From positions 1-59,046 of IMG/VR virus record IMGVR_UViG_3300030329_000446: a DNA stretch of 59,046 nt. The stretch is one strand, 5' to 3'. Both the position numbers and the translations under genes were made by a program. Positions 21,201-29,470 of the stretch are shown here, in pieces; the first letter of the stretch is position 1; each line of letters starts with the position of its first letter. Source of the stretch: a virus (Duplodnaviria; Caudoviricetes). Under the pieces are notes generated by a model that searched no databases, was not told the origin of the DNA, and saw nothing but the letters and a program-made list of their open reading frames with translations.

Positions 21201-22045
21201 CTAAACAAATTTTTGATACGGTTGGTGGTAATCTTCTTAAAAGTTTTATGGGAAGTCCAGAAGAACAGGGTGATGCTTTAGTTGATTGGTATAAACTTCA
21301 GGAAACTGGTCTAGGTAAGATGGCAAGAGAAACTCTTCAAGACTTAGGAGCACCTGAATTAATAGATGAAATTACCAAACCTTTAGGTATGGGTACACCA
21401 GCTAGTAAATTTGAGTCTGAACTTAATAAGTTATATTATGGTGATCAACGATATAGGTTTAATGATACTGAAGAATTATCAGACTTCTTTGCTAAACAAG
21501 GGCTTAATACTAAGCATGGGTTAGCTGCTGCACCTTTTACACTAGCTGCCAAAGAAAGAACTTTTAATCCACGTAAACAATTTGCTTTTACTTTAAAAGG
21601 ATTACTTAGACCTACAAATAAAAATAGACAGGATTTAATGCAAGAGATAACTAATAGTTTATCTGAAGTTAATCCTACTATGTCTCCACAAGAATTAGTA
21701 AAAGATTATGATGATCAGTTACGTACAGATTTTGAAGCACAAAGAGGTATATATGATTTAATTCAGTCTTATCGGAGGTTTATTCCTCCTTCTACATTAA
21801 ATAAGTTTATTATGCAGGATAAAGATGTTACAGGAACACTCTCTAAAAAACAATTAATAGGATTAATTAGAGGACAATTTATTCCTAAACAACTTAGTAC
21901 TAATAATAAATTTTTAATGAGGATAAAAAAGAATAACCCTACTATAAATATAGGTAAGTTAAGAACTTTATTAGCGCAGATTGAAAAAAGATATATGAAC
22001 GCAGATATAAGATTAGATGTAGAAAAAGTTGAAGTAGGAGATTAG
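18293..22045 (+). CDS. Large internal virion (ejection) protein
   Basis: 1250 aa, helical, with G/A-rich membrane-like segments; position equals podovirus core proteins. Confidence 0.65.
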   Translation: MAIKTPTYESLQNDPKFLSAAHHTLNALSIPTSENPQEIVDNFLTHRRYFNTNLGSTIKQGSRIMDLPDQYKQAYAYATDQIDKMPDFGEGSAPLMDGVLDYSIAGVTDPTNLVSILAGAFTAGAGGVAGFAAKEAAKKGIINRLKTAFTKNALKAYAVEGTIAGAGGAAQAARGQEVDIDIGRRKDYDPTQIALQGLAEGIVSPVAGGLISVVGGATKDAVGGLAKTVGDNEAVGNAGRWIKNRILPTSSLDEISQRIVERSTGEMRPIQKAAEKLSMDIDDTFKTDFKPDEHTDLLNLALEGDTAALKEVKDISPKMHQHITDLWDYVKQAQEIAGTAKYGSNYVKGIYKHNPNKPYIRDIFEKFTAINREPFEEFIKKSENSGVLDELRTLIVNNKDIAKQAGFLDQKGEWIDLSPERSEELIEKFARQLYDPIGSAKRRKLGVLKKKEDIPEVMRKLFGYNYEPGVRAMETVRGIVDSSSRFRMASSLVDSLLTRGQAVKARNALEAESITGETMVPYITSRNPAGEAFDENAVFAISSSPDGKQGLLAPELNQIYVTKSEAEKLKMLTDEFNQPDWGWFKPLIDVMAPVQGYLKKAKTVYNPLAHIRNFLGMTGYTIGSGNYRGLIDGIKFLGKNWNDPVKRREIIDNIDKLGLTGSQVELNQILNRINDFNRVKDPSKLQSGIVNAMTGGLPWLEKAISRNKLGRKVVRGAQDIYGGTDDLGKIMTFFREQKRSQDIWDQMSPERRNQLRKDYANNFQEKLRVEGDNPKLLKDFDDKVISEMAVEKTMNIVPVYSRIPKILERMRGVPIIGSFTAFPAENLRNKYKLFQLAGNEIREGMDTGNKALVKAGTNRLVSQLGVASAPSIIAATYNSLNGTEGVADAMATSLPDWEKDHAIVVRKDKDGNFKYTDLSYNNPDQYVLDFIMPFMHEVASGRDVKESLDEKFMEILRRQAKVFADPSLATKQIFDTVGGNLLKSFMGSPEEQGDALVDWYKLQETGLGKMARETLQDLGAPELIDEITKPLGMGTPASKFESELNKLYYGDQRYRFNDTEELSDFFAKQGLNTKHGLAAAPFTLAAKERTFNPRKQFAFTLKGLLRPTNKNRQDLMQEITNSLSEVNPTMSPQELVKDYDDQLRTDFEAQRGIYDLIQSYRRFIPPSTLNKFIMQDKDVTGTLSKKQLIGLIRGQFIPKQLSTNNKFLMRIKKNNPTINIGKLRTLLAQIEKRYMNADIRLDVEKVEVGD

Positions 22046-22046
22046 A

Positions 22047-23594
22047 ATGTGTTTCGGTGATGGTAATAAAAAACTTCAGGCTACGATTGATATTGATACA
22101 TCAAGTCTGGGAGGTTTAACAGATATATTAAATAAACAACCTACCGATGAAGAGGTAGCAGCAGAAGAAACTGTAGAGGCTACAGAAGAAACTACTGCAC
22201 CTAATCTTCTGAATCAACCTGTGCTTGACAAACTAGAAAAGATGTCAGAGAATTTACCTGAAAGAACTACAGGTGAAACTATGAGAGCTATGATGCCAGC
22301 TATACAGCATAGTGATCAGATGATGCATCATATGAATAGAGATCAGATGCGTATGTTAGAAAGAATTATGCAGCGTACAGGACGTAGACCTTTTAATCCT
22401 AGACATCCAAGAGGCGGTTCCTTTGGTAAAGGAGGAGGTCATAGTGATCCTAGAGTACCTAGACCTAGATATCAAACTTTAGGAGCTAATCCACAAGTAG
22501 CAGGACTAGCAGGATTGTTTGGTAGACCTCACCAACACGCAGGAATTAGAGGTAAAGGGATTAATCCAGAACAAATAATGGCTACTCCTACACAATTACC
22601 TAACTTTCCCAAACAACAAATGGCTACACCTATGCAACCAGAAGTAGTAGAGGAACAACAACAGATGGAGATACTAGGTCAACCTAAACAGTTTGCTGGT
22701 GGTGGTCTTGTTAATGCTCTGATGGCTACACCTGTGGGACAGGCTGCAATAAAACAATATGCAGAGGGTGGTGATATAAAATTTGGTGATTATGTTTTTG
22801 ATTATAAATTAACTGACGATGATCCACTAGATATACTACGAGGCAGGATATATGATGATGGAAGAAAAGCTAGGTTCTTTTCTTCTGAGGCTCATATGAA
22901 AGACCCTTCTGAACCTGTAGTGAAGTGGAGAAAACCAGATGTTGTAAAAGAGATTACAGAAGACCTTAAACCTGTACGTAGGAAGAAAAAGAAAGGGGAA
23001 CCCCATGAAGGTGATAGTCAAGTTCCTGGGGGTGCTCCATCGGACAGAACAGCAGCAAATAACTGGGGATATATAGGTCATAAAGGACGAGGACTTATGA
23101 GTGTATTAGGTGCAGCAACTGGTCTACCATTAGGACTTCTAGGAGCACTTAATGATTATCAGGCTATGAATATGGGACGTACTGGGTGGAGTACCCAATT
23201 TAGTCCTAGTTTCTGGGATACATTAACTATGGGTCTTTTTGATAGTAGTGGTATGTATGATAAGACTGTAGAAAATATGGAAAATAGAAATATTGCTGGT
23301 CGTGAAGGATTACTTGGTGATCCTAACTCACCGTTAGGTCAAGCTAAACTTATGGATTATACTCATAAGTATGGTACTGAAGAACCTATAACTGAACAGG
23401 AAGAAAAAGACTATAGAGACTTAGTAGGCCAAGTAGAGGCTTTAGACCCTAGTGATTGGGACGTAGATGAGGCGGGAGAAGAAGGTCCAAGTGATCCTAG
23501 TGGAGGGGATATGGGGCATGGTATGGATAACAGTGCTCAAGACAGTACCCCAAGTGATGAGGCTGAAGAAACTGGTTCAGAATCAGCATGGTAA
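22047..23594 (+). CDS. Low-complexity putative internal virion protein
   Basis: MCFGDG start; FAGGGLV and YAEGGDI motifs; acidic C-terminus. Confidence 0.65.
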   Translation: MCFGDGNKKLQATIDIDTSSLGGLTDILNKQPTDEEVAAEETVEATEETTAPNLLNQPVLDKLEKMSENLPERTTGETMRAMMPAIQHSDQMMHHMNRDQMRMLERIMQRTGRRPFNPRHPRGGSFGKGGGHSDPRVPRPRYQTLGANPQVAGLAGLFGRPHQHAGIRGKGINPEQIMATPTQLPNFPKQQMATPMQPEVVEEQQQMEILGQPKQFAGGGLVNALMATPVGQAAIKQYAEGGDIKFGDYVFDYKLTDDDPLDILRGRIYDDGRKARFFSSEAHMKDPSEPVVKWRKPDVVKEITEDLKPVRRKKKKGEPHEGDSQVPGGAPSDRTAANNWGYIGHKGRGLMSVLGAATGLPLGLLGALNDYQAMNMGRTGWSTQFSPSFWDTLTMGLFDSSGMYDKTVENMENRNIAGREGLLGDPNSPLGQAKLMDYTHKYGTEEPITEQEEKDYRDLVGQVEALDPSDWDVDEAGEEGPSDPSGGDMGHGMDNSAQDSTPSDEAEETGSESAW

Positions 23595-23618
23595 AAAATC
23601 TTAGGAGGATAATTTAAA

Positions 23619-23999
23619 ATGGATTGGCAGTACTTTACTGAAGAAGAGATGGCCTGTAAGGGTACAGGTGAATGTGAGATGGAACCAGAGTTTATGGATA
23701 AGTTAATAGCTATCCGTGAACAAATAGGAAAGCCTATGATTATTACATCTGGTTACAGACATCTAGCTCATAACTCCACTATTGGAGGAGCAAAGAACTC
23801 ACCACATCTCTACGGTAGGGCAGTAGATGTAAAGGTAGCAGGTGGAGATGCTTTAGAATTGATAGAGGTAGCACTTCACTATGGTATGACAGGGATTGGT
23901 GTAAAGCAGAGAGGGCCACATGACAGCAGGTTTATACATATTGATGATATGCCTAACTCCGATGACCATCCTAGACCTTGGATATGGAGTTATAAATAA
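23619..23999 (+). CDS. Peptidase M15A-type endolysin
   Basis: SGYR..HN..IGGAKNSPH..GRAVD...FIHID Zn-peptidase motifs; AGGAGG RBS. Confidence 0.9.
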   Translation: MDWQYFTEEEMACKGTGECEMEPEFMDKLIAIREQIGKPMIITSGYRHLAHNSTIGGAKNSPHLYGRAVDVKVAGGDALELIEVALHYGMTGIGVKQRGPHDSRFIHIDDMPNSDDHPRPWIWSYK

Positions 24000-24265
24000 T
24001 GACAATGTTTGCTAAGATAGAAGATGTCTTAGCAGATAAGATAGCACCCTATATGATAATGCATGGAGGTACTATAAAGTTATTAGACTATGATGAAGAT
24101 GTAAAGAATGTTCATGTGGAATTAGGAGGAGCTTGTGCTGGTTGTGCATCCTCTACCATCACATTAAAATTAGGAGTGGAAAATATGTTGAAGCATGAGT
24201 TTCCAGAAGATATAAAAACTGTAACTCATGTGGAGACAGAAGTAACTAACCCCTTCTATGTATAG
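23999..24265 (+). CDS. NifU C-terminal (Nfu) domain Fe-S carrier
   Basis: IAPY...HGG.I.L...V.L.GACAGCASSTITLK.GVE..L. Confidence 0.9.
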   Translation: MTMFAKIEDVLADKIAPYMIMHGGTIKLLDYDEDVKNVHVELGGACAGCASSTITLKLGVENMLKHEFPEDIKTVTHVETEVTNPFYV

Positions 24266-24267
24266 AA

Positions 24268-24540
24268 CTAAGAGAAGAAGTAGGAAAAGATACCGCTTAG
24301 AAAGATAGATATTCCTACGGCATTAACTACTATGAGTGCTCGATCATTCCAGATCAGTGCGACTAAGAGCCAGCCAATTAATCCAATAAGCTCTAGGAAT
24401 AAGTTATAAGGGTATATGTTTTGAGCAGTAGCAACTGTGCCTATAATAATAAAAAAAGTAGCTCCCCATTTTATATACCAATCTTTAGTATGTAAGGGAG
24501 TTTGTTTTGTAACAGTAATCTTATCCTTTACTGTTCCCAT
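24268..24540 (-). CDS. Small 3-TM membrane protein
   Basis: WYIKW...NIYPYN...GWLLVALIWNDRALIVVN. Confidence 0.7.
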   Translation of the reverse strand: MGTVKDKITVTKQTPLHTKDWYIKWGATFFIIIGTVATAQNIYPYNLFLELIGLIGWLLVALIWNDRALIVVNAVGISIFLSGIFSYFFS

Positions 24541-24938
24541 TTACAAGTCTTCATTAGCTTCTTCATTTCTTCTTTACCAATGACCTTCATAGCAGATTGA
24601 ATATCAGATACAATCTTATCTACATTAAGAATGTCATCGTCACTTGTCTTATTCCCACGTACTCGTGATAGAATTTCTAATGCCTTAATAGCACTGTTAG
24701 TATGTCCATGTCCTTTAGCATAGCTATACTGGTTTTCTAATTCTTCAATAACATTTACATCTGTAGTCATTTCCTGTTCTGCATCATAGATACGTTGTTG
24801 TATCTCTTCTTCTTGCAGTAACCTATGTCCCTGATTACGTGCAGAGCGTTCACTATAACCAGCTAATCGTGCAGCCTCAGATGCATTACGACTAAGAATA
24901 TAATGCTGTACAAAAGCCTCTTGTTTTTCATTTAGCAT
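24528..24938 (-). CDS. terS: Terminase small subunit
   Basis: LNEKQEAFVQHY...NASEAARLAGYSERSA...G.RLL HTH signature; SAIKALEIL. Confidence 0.85.
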   Translation of the reverse strand: MLNEKQEAFVQHYILSRNASEAARLAGYSERSARNQGHRLLQEEEIQQRIYDAEQEMTTDVNVIEELENQYSYAKGHGHTNSAIKALEILSRVRGNKTSDDDILNVDKIVSDIQSAMKVIGKEEMKKLMKTCKWEQ

Positions 24939-25317
24939 TTACAGTTAAGTCCATATCTGTTGGATCATAAGGGCCAGATGTAAAGACTATATCTTTAGGA
25001 TGGAAGCTCTCCCCACACCCACACATAGATTGGACATTAGGATTTTCTATAAATAATCTTTGTCCAAAAATATCTTTCTTGTAGTCTACTTCCATACCAG
25101 CAAGGTACATAACGGATGTACCATCTACTACAAGTTTACCTACATCCAGGTCTAATTCCAAGTCTGTTACTTTGGTTTGCAGTTTCTCCAATGGTTGCCA
25201 ATCATAATTGAAACCAGAGCAGCCTCCTCCCTTTACTGCTAAGAGGATACCTTCAAGGTTATTCTCAGCAATAATAGAGGAGAGGTGTATATCTGCTGCT
25301 TCAGTTATGTTTATCAT
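24928..25317 (-). CDS. iscA: A-type Fe-S carrier (IscA/HesB/ErpA family)
   Basis: INITEAA, VKGGGCSGFNY, NPN..SMCGCGESF; all three Cys present. Confidence 0.92.
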   Translation of the reverse strand: MINITEAADIHLSSIIAENNLEGILLAVKGGGCSGFNYDWQPLEKLQTKVTDLELDLDVGKLVVDGTSVMYLAGMEVDYKKDIFGQRLFIENPNVQSMCGCGESFHPKDIVFTSGPYDPTDMDLTVNAK

Positions 25318-25724
25318 CTACTCTTTCTCATATTTTCTCTGGCTACACCCTTGAATTTTTCTGCTGATCGCATACCACCTAGTCCTAGTAATGATAAGGT
25401 AAGGGTCATTAACCCCTCAGTAGGGATAATAGGAATAGCTATGTCTGCACCAGAGATTGCTATACCCCATACAAATACAGGTTGAAATACATACTGCCAA
25501 CCTAAACCAAAGGCACATATCCACATGATAGCTGGTCTACTACCACTGACAAAGATAGAGGGATGCTTTGCTTGTTCTACGTTAGCCTGTGCTTGAGCAA
25601 GGTCAAGGCTAACCATCTGTTGTTTAAGTTCAGCATTAAGTTTAGTCTTTAAATCCTTATCTTCAACGAACTTATCTAAGACCTTACCTGCTACACCAAC
25701 AACACTCTCAGCTAACCCAAGCAT
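25314..25724 (-). CDS. Holin (3TM GTA-type holin family)
   Basis: LDKFVEDKD...HPSIFVSG.RPAIMWIC...LLGLGGMRS.EK.KGV. Confidence 0.8.
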   Translation of the reverse strand: MLGLAESVVGVAGKVLDKFVEDKDLKTKLNAELKQQMVSLDLAQAQANVEQAKHPSIFVSGSRPAIMWICAFGLGWQYVFQPVFVWGIAISGADIAIPIIPTEGLMTLTLSLLGLGGMRSAEKFKGVARENMRKSR

Positions 25725-25954
25725 TATATCTTAGCCTGTATTAGTTGATTAGGATCATCATCTTCTTGAGGATAGTGATCTTCTATGGTGCGTATCTTCT
25801 CGTCATTCTCTGCAATAATAGCTATTTGTTTATCTACTTCCTGAACAATATCAGAGTGTTCTCCTATTCCTACTGAATGATTAAGGTACACTTCTATATT
25901 AGCTTTCGCTATAGCTATCTCTCCTTGGTATTTAGATATTAAGGCATCTAACAT
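25724..25954 (-). CDS. Conserved small phage protein
   Basis: AKANIEVYL...VGIGEHSDI motif. Confidence 0.7.
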   Translation of the reverse strand: MLDALISKYQGEIAIAKANIEVYLNHSVGIGEHSDIVQEVDKQIAIIAENDEKIRTIEDHYPQEDDDPNQLIQAKI

Positions 25955-28233
25955 GGTAGGAACTCCTTATAATGTTTAGTCTTACTTATACGTGAATTAT
26001 TCCACAAGGTCTTTACGAGGGTATTCTCTCCATGAACAGTGATCTCCATATCTACATCGTCACGTTCAAAGAGTTTCTCACAGTCCTGTGCCATAGCAAG
26101 TAGCTCACCTGTAGTCCAGAACTTATGATCATCTACGGTAACATTCATATACTTAGGTCTACCATCTCTCTCTTTCTTTTTCTTATCTTTATCTGATGGC
26201 TCTGGTATAATACAGTCATAACCAAACAAGTCAAAGGTTCTAAATCCCAGGATGTGCATCATTCCTATAGCTCTCATAGCCGCACACGTTCCTCCTGTAA
26301 TGAAGGTAGTGTCTGGTGGTATATCAAACTCTTCAGAAACTTGTATTGTATTATCTCTCACAGGTTTATTCTTATCTGTAGCTGCACGTAAAGTCTCTGA
26401 AAAAGCATGCCATCCCCACAGATTAGCTCCCTGTTTCTTGAGAAGCCTTGTTACTGAAGGATTGGTCATAGATGCAAGAAAGAATATAGTATCTTTATCT
26501 ACCTTATTAAATAAAGTCTTACGGATAATACCATGTGTAGACTTACCGCTTAGTGGTCTTGGGTCTAGTATAACACATCCCCACGGTTGTATGCCATGTT
26601 TTAAAAGATGGGGGTATGAATGTTTCACACAGACCACACGAGTATGATCTTTCCGACTAAGTTCTTTTACATGGTTCCAGTCTGTGCTATCTCCACCTGA
26701 TACAATGATAACTCTATCCGAATGTGCTCTGCCTTTCTCTAACCAGTTGTCCATAAGTTTAATATTCTTTTTAATATTACTTACAAGGTTCTGATCAGGT
26801 ACACAGTCTTTAGGAGTGACATGAATAGGAACTTGCATAACCTTATTCGTTAAGTCAGGCAGGTTATCATCAATCAGGACTACAGCTAAGTGAGTATGTC
26901 CTCCTTCTCGTACTCCATCACTGGATGGTAACACCTGTTTACGGTGGGTAACTTCTTCTATAATTCTATTTACTTCTCTAAACTCTTCATCGACACAGTT
27001 ACCCTGTGCATCTGCTGTAAAGAAGTCATCAAAAACCAGAATAGGAATATGCTTTAACTTGTCATAGTCATTACGTACTGTTTTGGTACTATGTCCACCA
27101 TCAATATAAGCTAAGTCTGCTTCGATACCAGCTTCTAAAGTTTCGTTAGTGTCTCCTTTTGTTAGGGTAAAGGTGAAGGTCTTATTCCTTTCTTCCTTCA
27201 TCTTCTTTTTAAACTTGTTTAAATGTTCTGTTATTTCATCTATTGAAACAATCCTCTTAGCATTAAGTTCTTTAATACTAAGTTCTTCGTTACCTTCCTC
27301 AAATAAATCATAACCAATATATTCAAAGTCGTCCCTATTTTCAAAGGAAGCTAGGGCCATTTCAATCGCACGTTGTCCTATCCATGTCCCTGTCTCTACT
27401 ACTTTAGCTGGTTGATACTGTCGTATAATATCAGCAAGTTGTTTATATCTTTGTGCTGGTGGAATAGGTTTACTTTCTACTGTACCTTTACGATCTCCTT
27501 TAAGATGTTCCATAAACTCACTAAGAGGGAAGGACTCAAAGGCTTGCTTACCTTTTACAAGGTCTGTTATATCTAAGTGACCAGTGAAGTCTTGTACTCT
27601 CATGCCATGAGCACGATAGATAGTCAGTAGTCTTTCAAAGATAAAACCATCATGCCACTCACGATAGTTGACTACTTCACCAGAGTTGTAGGCTCCACGT
27701 AGATCACCTAGTAAATCTAAAGCTCCACGATATTTAAGATTAAATGCCATGAAGGATGTTTCACTGTAGTCAAAATGCTTCCTTCCCAAGAAAGCTAACT
27801 CTGCTTTAGGATTAAGAAAGTTATCTAAGTCTTTGGAAGTAAAGTCTTTCTTAGTAAATGTATCAGCATCTAACCAGATACACCAGCCTGGATCACGACT
27901 GTCATCAGATAATTCAAATGCAAACTCTGTAAGAGCAAAGACTTTATGACAGAATTTTACTGCGTCTAACCTAAAGTTATATTGTAACTGTCCTCCCTCC
28001 GTACCATTATGTTTCTGGAATGTCTCTCTGAAAGCTGTCATTTCTGTGAGAAGGTTAAGATTACGATACTCTATATGATTAGGACGAGGTACATCATGCT
28101 TGTCTATATCAAAGTCATGGTAGTAGACAGTAAGTTTGAGTGGCTCTTTCCAGTGTCGGGCAGCAGTCTCCAGCATTTTCATGCCATAAAGTTTTAATCC
28201 TTCTTCATTCATAGAGGTAACAAAGTTATACAT
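25948..28233 (-). CDS. Three-domain fusion: GT-A glycosyltransferase, class I SAM methyltransferase, Maf/DUF115-like transferase
   Basis: WLDADT (DxD); VETGTWIG...YDLFE...IDGGHS...VFDD; IIVSGG.S...ILDP...GGT..MRAI.MMHILGFR.FDLFGYD. Confidence 0.78.
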   Translation of the reverse strand: MYNFVTSMNEEGLKLYGMKMLETAARHWKEPLKLTVYYHDFDIDKHDVPRPNHIEYRNLNLLTEMTAFRETFQKHNGTEGGQLQYNFRLDAVKFCHKVFALTEFAFELSDDSRDPGWCIWLDADTFTKKDFTSKDLDNFLNPKAELAFLGRKHFDYSETSFMAFNLKYRGALDLLGDLRGAYNSGEVVNYREWHDGFIFERLLTIYRAHGMRVQDFTGHLDITDLVKGKQAFESFPLSEFMEHLKGDRKGTVESKPIPPAQRYKQLADIIRQYQPAKVVETGTWIGQRAIEMALASFENRDDFEYIGYDLFEEGNEELSIKELNAKRIVSIDEITEHLNKFKKKMKEERNKTFTFTLTKGDTNETLEAGIEADLAYIDGGHSTKTVRNDYDKLKHIPILVFDDFFTADAQGNCVDEEFREVNRIIEEVTHRKQVLPSSDGVREGGHTHLAVVLIDDNLPDLTNKVMQVPIHVTPKDCVPDQNLVSNIKKNIKLMDNWLEKGRAHSDRVIIVSGGDSTDWNHVKELSRKDHTRVVCVKHSYPHLLKHGIQPWGCVILDPRPLSGKSTHGIIRKTLFNKVDKDTIFFLASMTNPSVTRLLKKQGANLWGWHAFSETLRAATDKNKPVRDNTIQVSEEFDIPPDTTFITGGTCAAMRAIGMMHILGFRTFDLFGYDCIIPEPSDKDKKKKERDGRPKYMNVTVDDHKFWTTGELLAMAQDCEKLFERDDVDMEITVHGENTLVKTLWNNSRISKTKHYKEFLPC

Positions 28234-29020
28234 TAGATAGTCCTTCTTCTATTATTATCTTATCTTTCAGTTCATTCCATTCTGTAGCATACTTTATATC
28301 TACATCACGAGAAGCTGACCAGTTCTCGAACCAAGGTCCACCTGTAGTAAAGTGTACATTCTTAGGCTCTAGAGTTTCAGATGAATGATGGTCTAACCAG
28401 TTCCACTCCTCTTCAATTTTTCCCATAGGAAATTGTGTCATCCTTCCATGCTCCCAACCATCTAACCACTTAAAGTTATGAAGCCAATAACCAGACTTAG
28501 TATTAACATCATCTACAGTAAGATTAAGATTAGCTTTATGTCCACAATTCCAAAGCATAAAGCTAGACCAATTTTTTCTGGAGTAAGCCTCTTGTATTTG
28601 ATTGTCCATCTTAGTTTCATTATTAGGTTGATATTTATGCCACACACAAGATACCGCATGAACATCATTAGAGTATCTATGAAATACTTCCATGATGTCT
28701 GAACGTACCATCATATCACAATCCATAAAGATTGCGTAACCATCGTATTGATTAAGGTGGGGGATTAAGAACCTAGTAAAGCTGAAATCAGTAGAAAAGG
28801 GTTTACCATCAGAGAGATCAACCTTTTGTTTCTTGTTATCAGGACTGATAGACCATGCTCTACGGTATAATCCAGCAGCCCTTAGTGCGTGTTGATCTAG
28901 TTTTATAATGTTTAAGTCTTTAACTGAGGATGTTAATTCAATAGACTTAACTAAAGTTTCAAATGCCAGATGTTCTCTTTCATCGTAGCCAATATAAATT
29001 GTTGGTTGTCTCTGATACAT
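28226..29020 (-). CDS. GT-A fold glycosyltransferase (GT8-like)
   Basis: IYIGYD.RE, STDFSFTRFLIP, FMDCDM, RKNWSS, EWNWL, VHFT.GGPW. Confidence 0.85.
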   Translation of the reverse strand: MYQRQPTIYIGYDEREHLAFETLVKSIELTSSVKDLNIIKLDQHALRAAGLYRRAWSISPDNKKQKVDLSDGKPFSTDFSFTRFLIPHLNQYDGYAIFMDCDMMVRSDIMEVFHRYSNDVHAVSCVWHKYQPNNETKMDNQIQEAYSRKNWSSFMLWNCGHKANLNLTVDDVNTKSGYWLHNFKWLDGWEHGRMTQFPMGKIEEEWNWLDHHSSETLEPKNVHFTTGGPWFENWSASRDVDIKYATEWNELKDKIIIEEGLSNV

Positions 29021-29038
29021 AAACCCTCTCTACTCCTC

Positions 29039-29284
29039 CTATTTTTTAGATTCAAGTTGTGGTAGTGAATCTTCAACAGACTTACGATAAGTCTGGAGTT
29101 CTTCTATTCTGTCATCAATAGATTGAAGAGTTTGTTTTTGTTTTTTCTGTTCCAACTCTTTCATTCTTTCTTCTGATACTACATAAACAGTAGGATGTAC
29201 ATACCTACTTGGAAGTCCACGCCTCATAACAAATAAATCATCAAACATAGCGTTAATAAAATCACCATAAATACTAGTATACAT
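29039..29284 (-). CDS. 81-aa hypothetical protein with C-terminal coiled coil
   Basis: Start revised to 29284 (AAGGAG 7 nt upstream); has its own promoter. Confidence 0.75.
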   Translation of the reverse strand: MYTSIYGDFINAMFDDLFVMRRGLPSRYVHPTVYVVSEERMKELEQKKQKQTLQSIDDRIEELQTYRKSVEDSLPQLESKK

Positions 29285-29344
29285 CTTTATCTCCTTTTGT
29301 TTAAGCAAGAAGGGGAACTATCCTATGATAGCAATAATTCCCCT
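29285..29344 (-). promoter_or_regulatory. Two-hairpin 5' UTR resembling a ROSE RNA thermometer
   Basis: UCUUGCUU pairs with AAGGAGA (SD) leaving a bulged G; upstream hairpin AGGGGAA...UUCCCCU. Confidence 0.6.
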
Positions 29345-29356
29345 ATGATACTATAT

Positions 29357-29385
29357 ATTGTATCAAAGTATCTTACTTATGTCAA
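29357..29385 (-). promoter_or_regulatory. Sigma70-like promoter
   Basis: TTGACA-N17-TACAAT. Confidence 0.75.
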
Positions 29386-29392
29386 GCACTTT

Positions 29393-29470
29393 CTACATTA
29401 ATTTAATTACGTGTAAAGCTAGAGGAACTACTTGAATTACCATGGCAGCTATAAATAATCCTGTTAGCAT
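29393..29470 (-). CDS. 25-aa hydrophobic peptide (below cutoff)
   Basis: MLTGLFIAAMVIQVVPLALHVIKLM; GGAGG upstream; abuts the Na/Pi gene stop. Confidence 0.45.
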   Translation of the reverse strand: MLTGLFIAAMVIQVVPLALHVIKLM

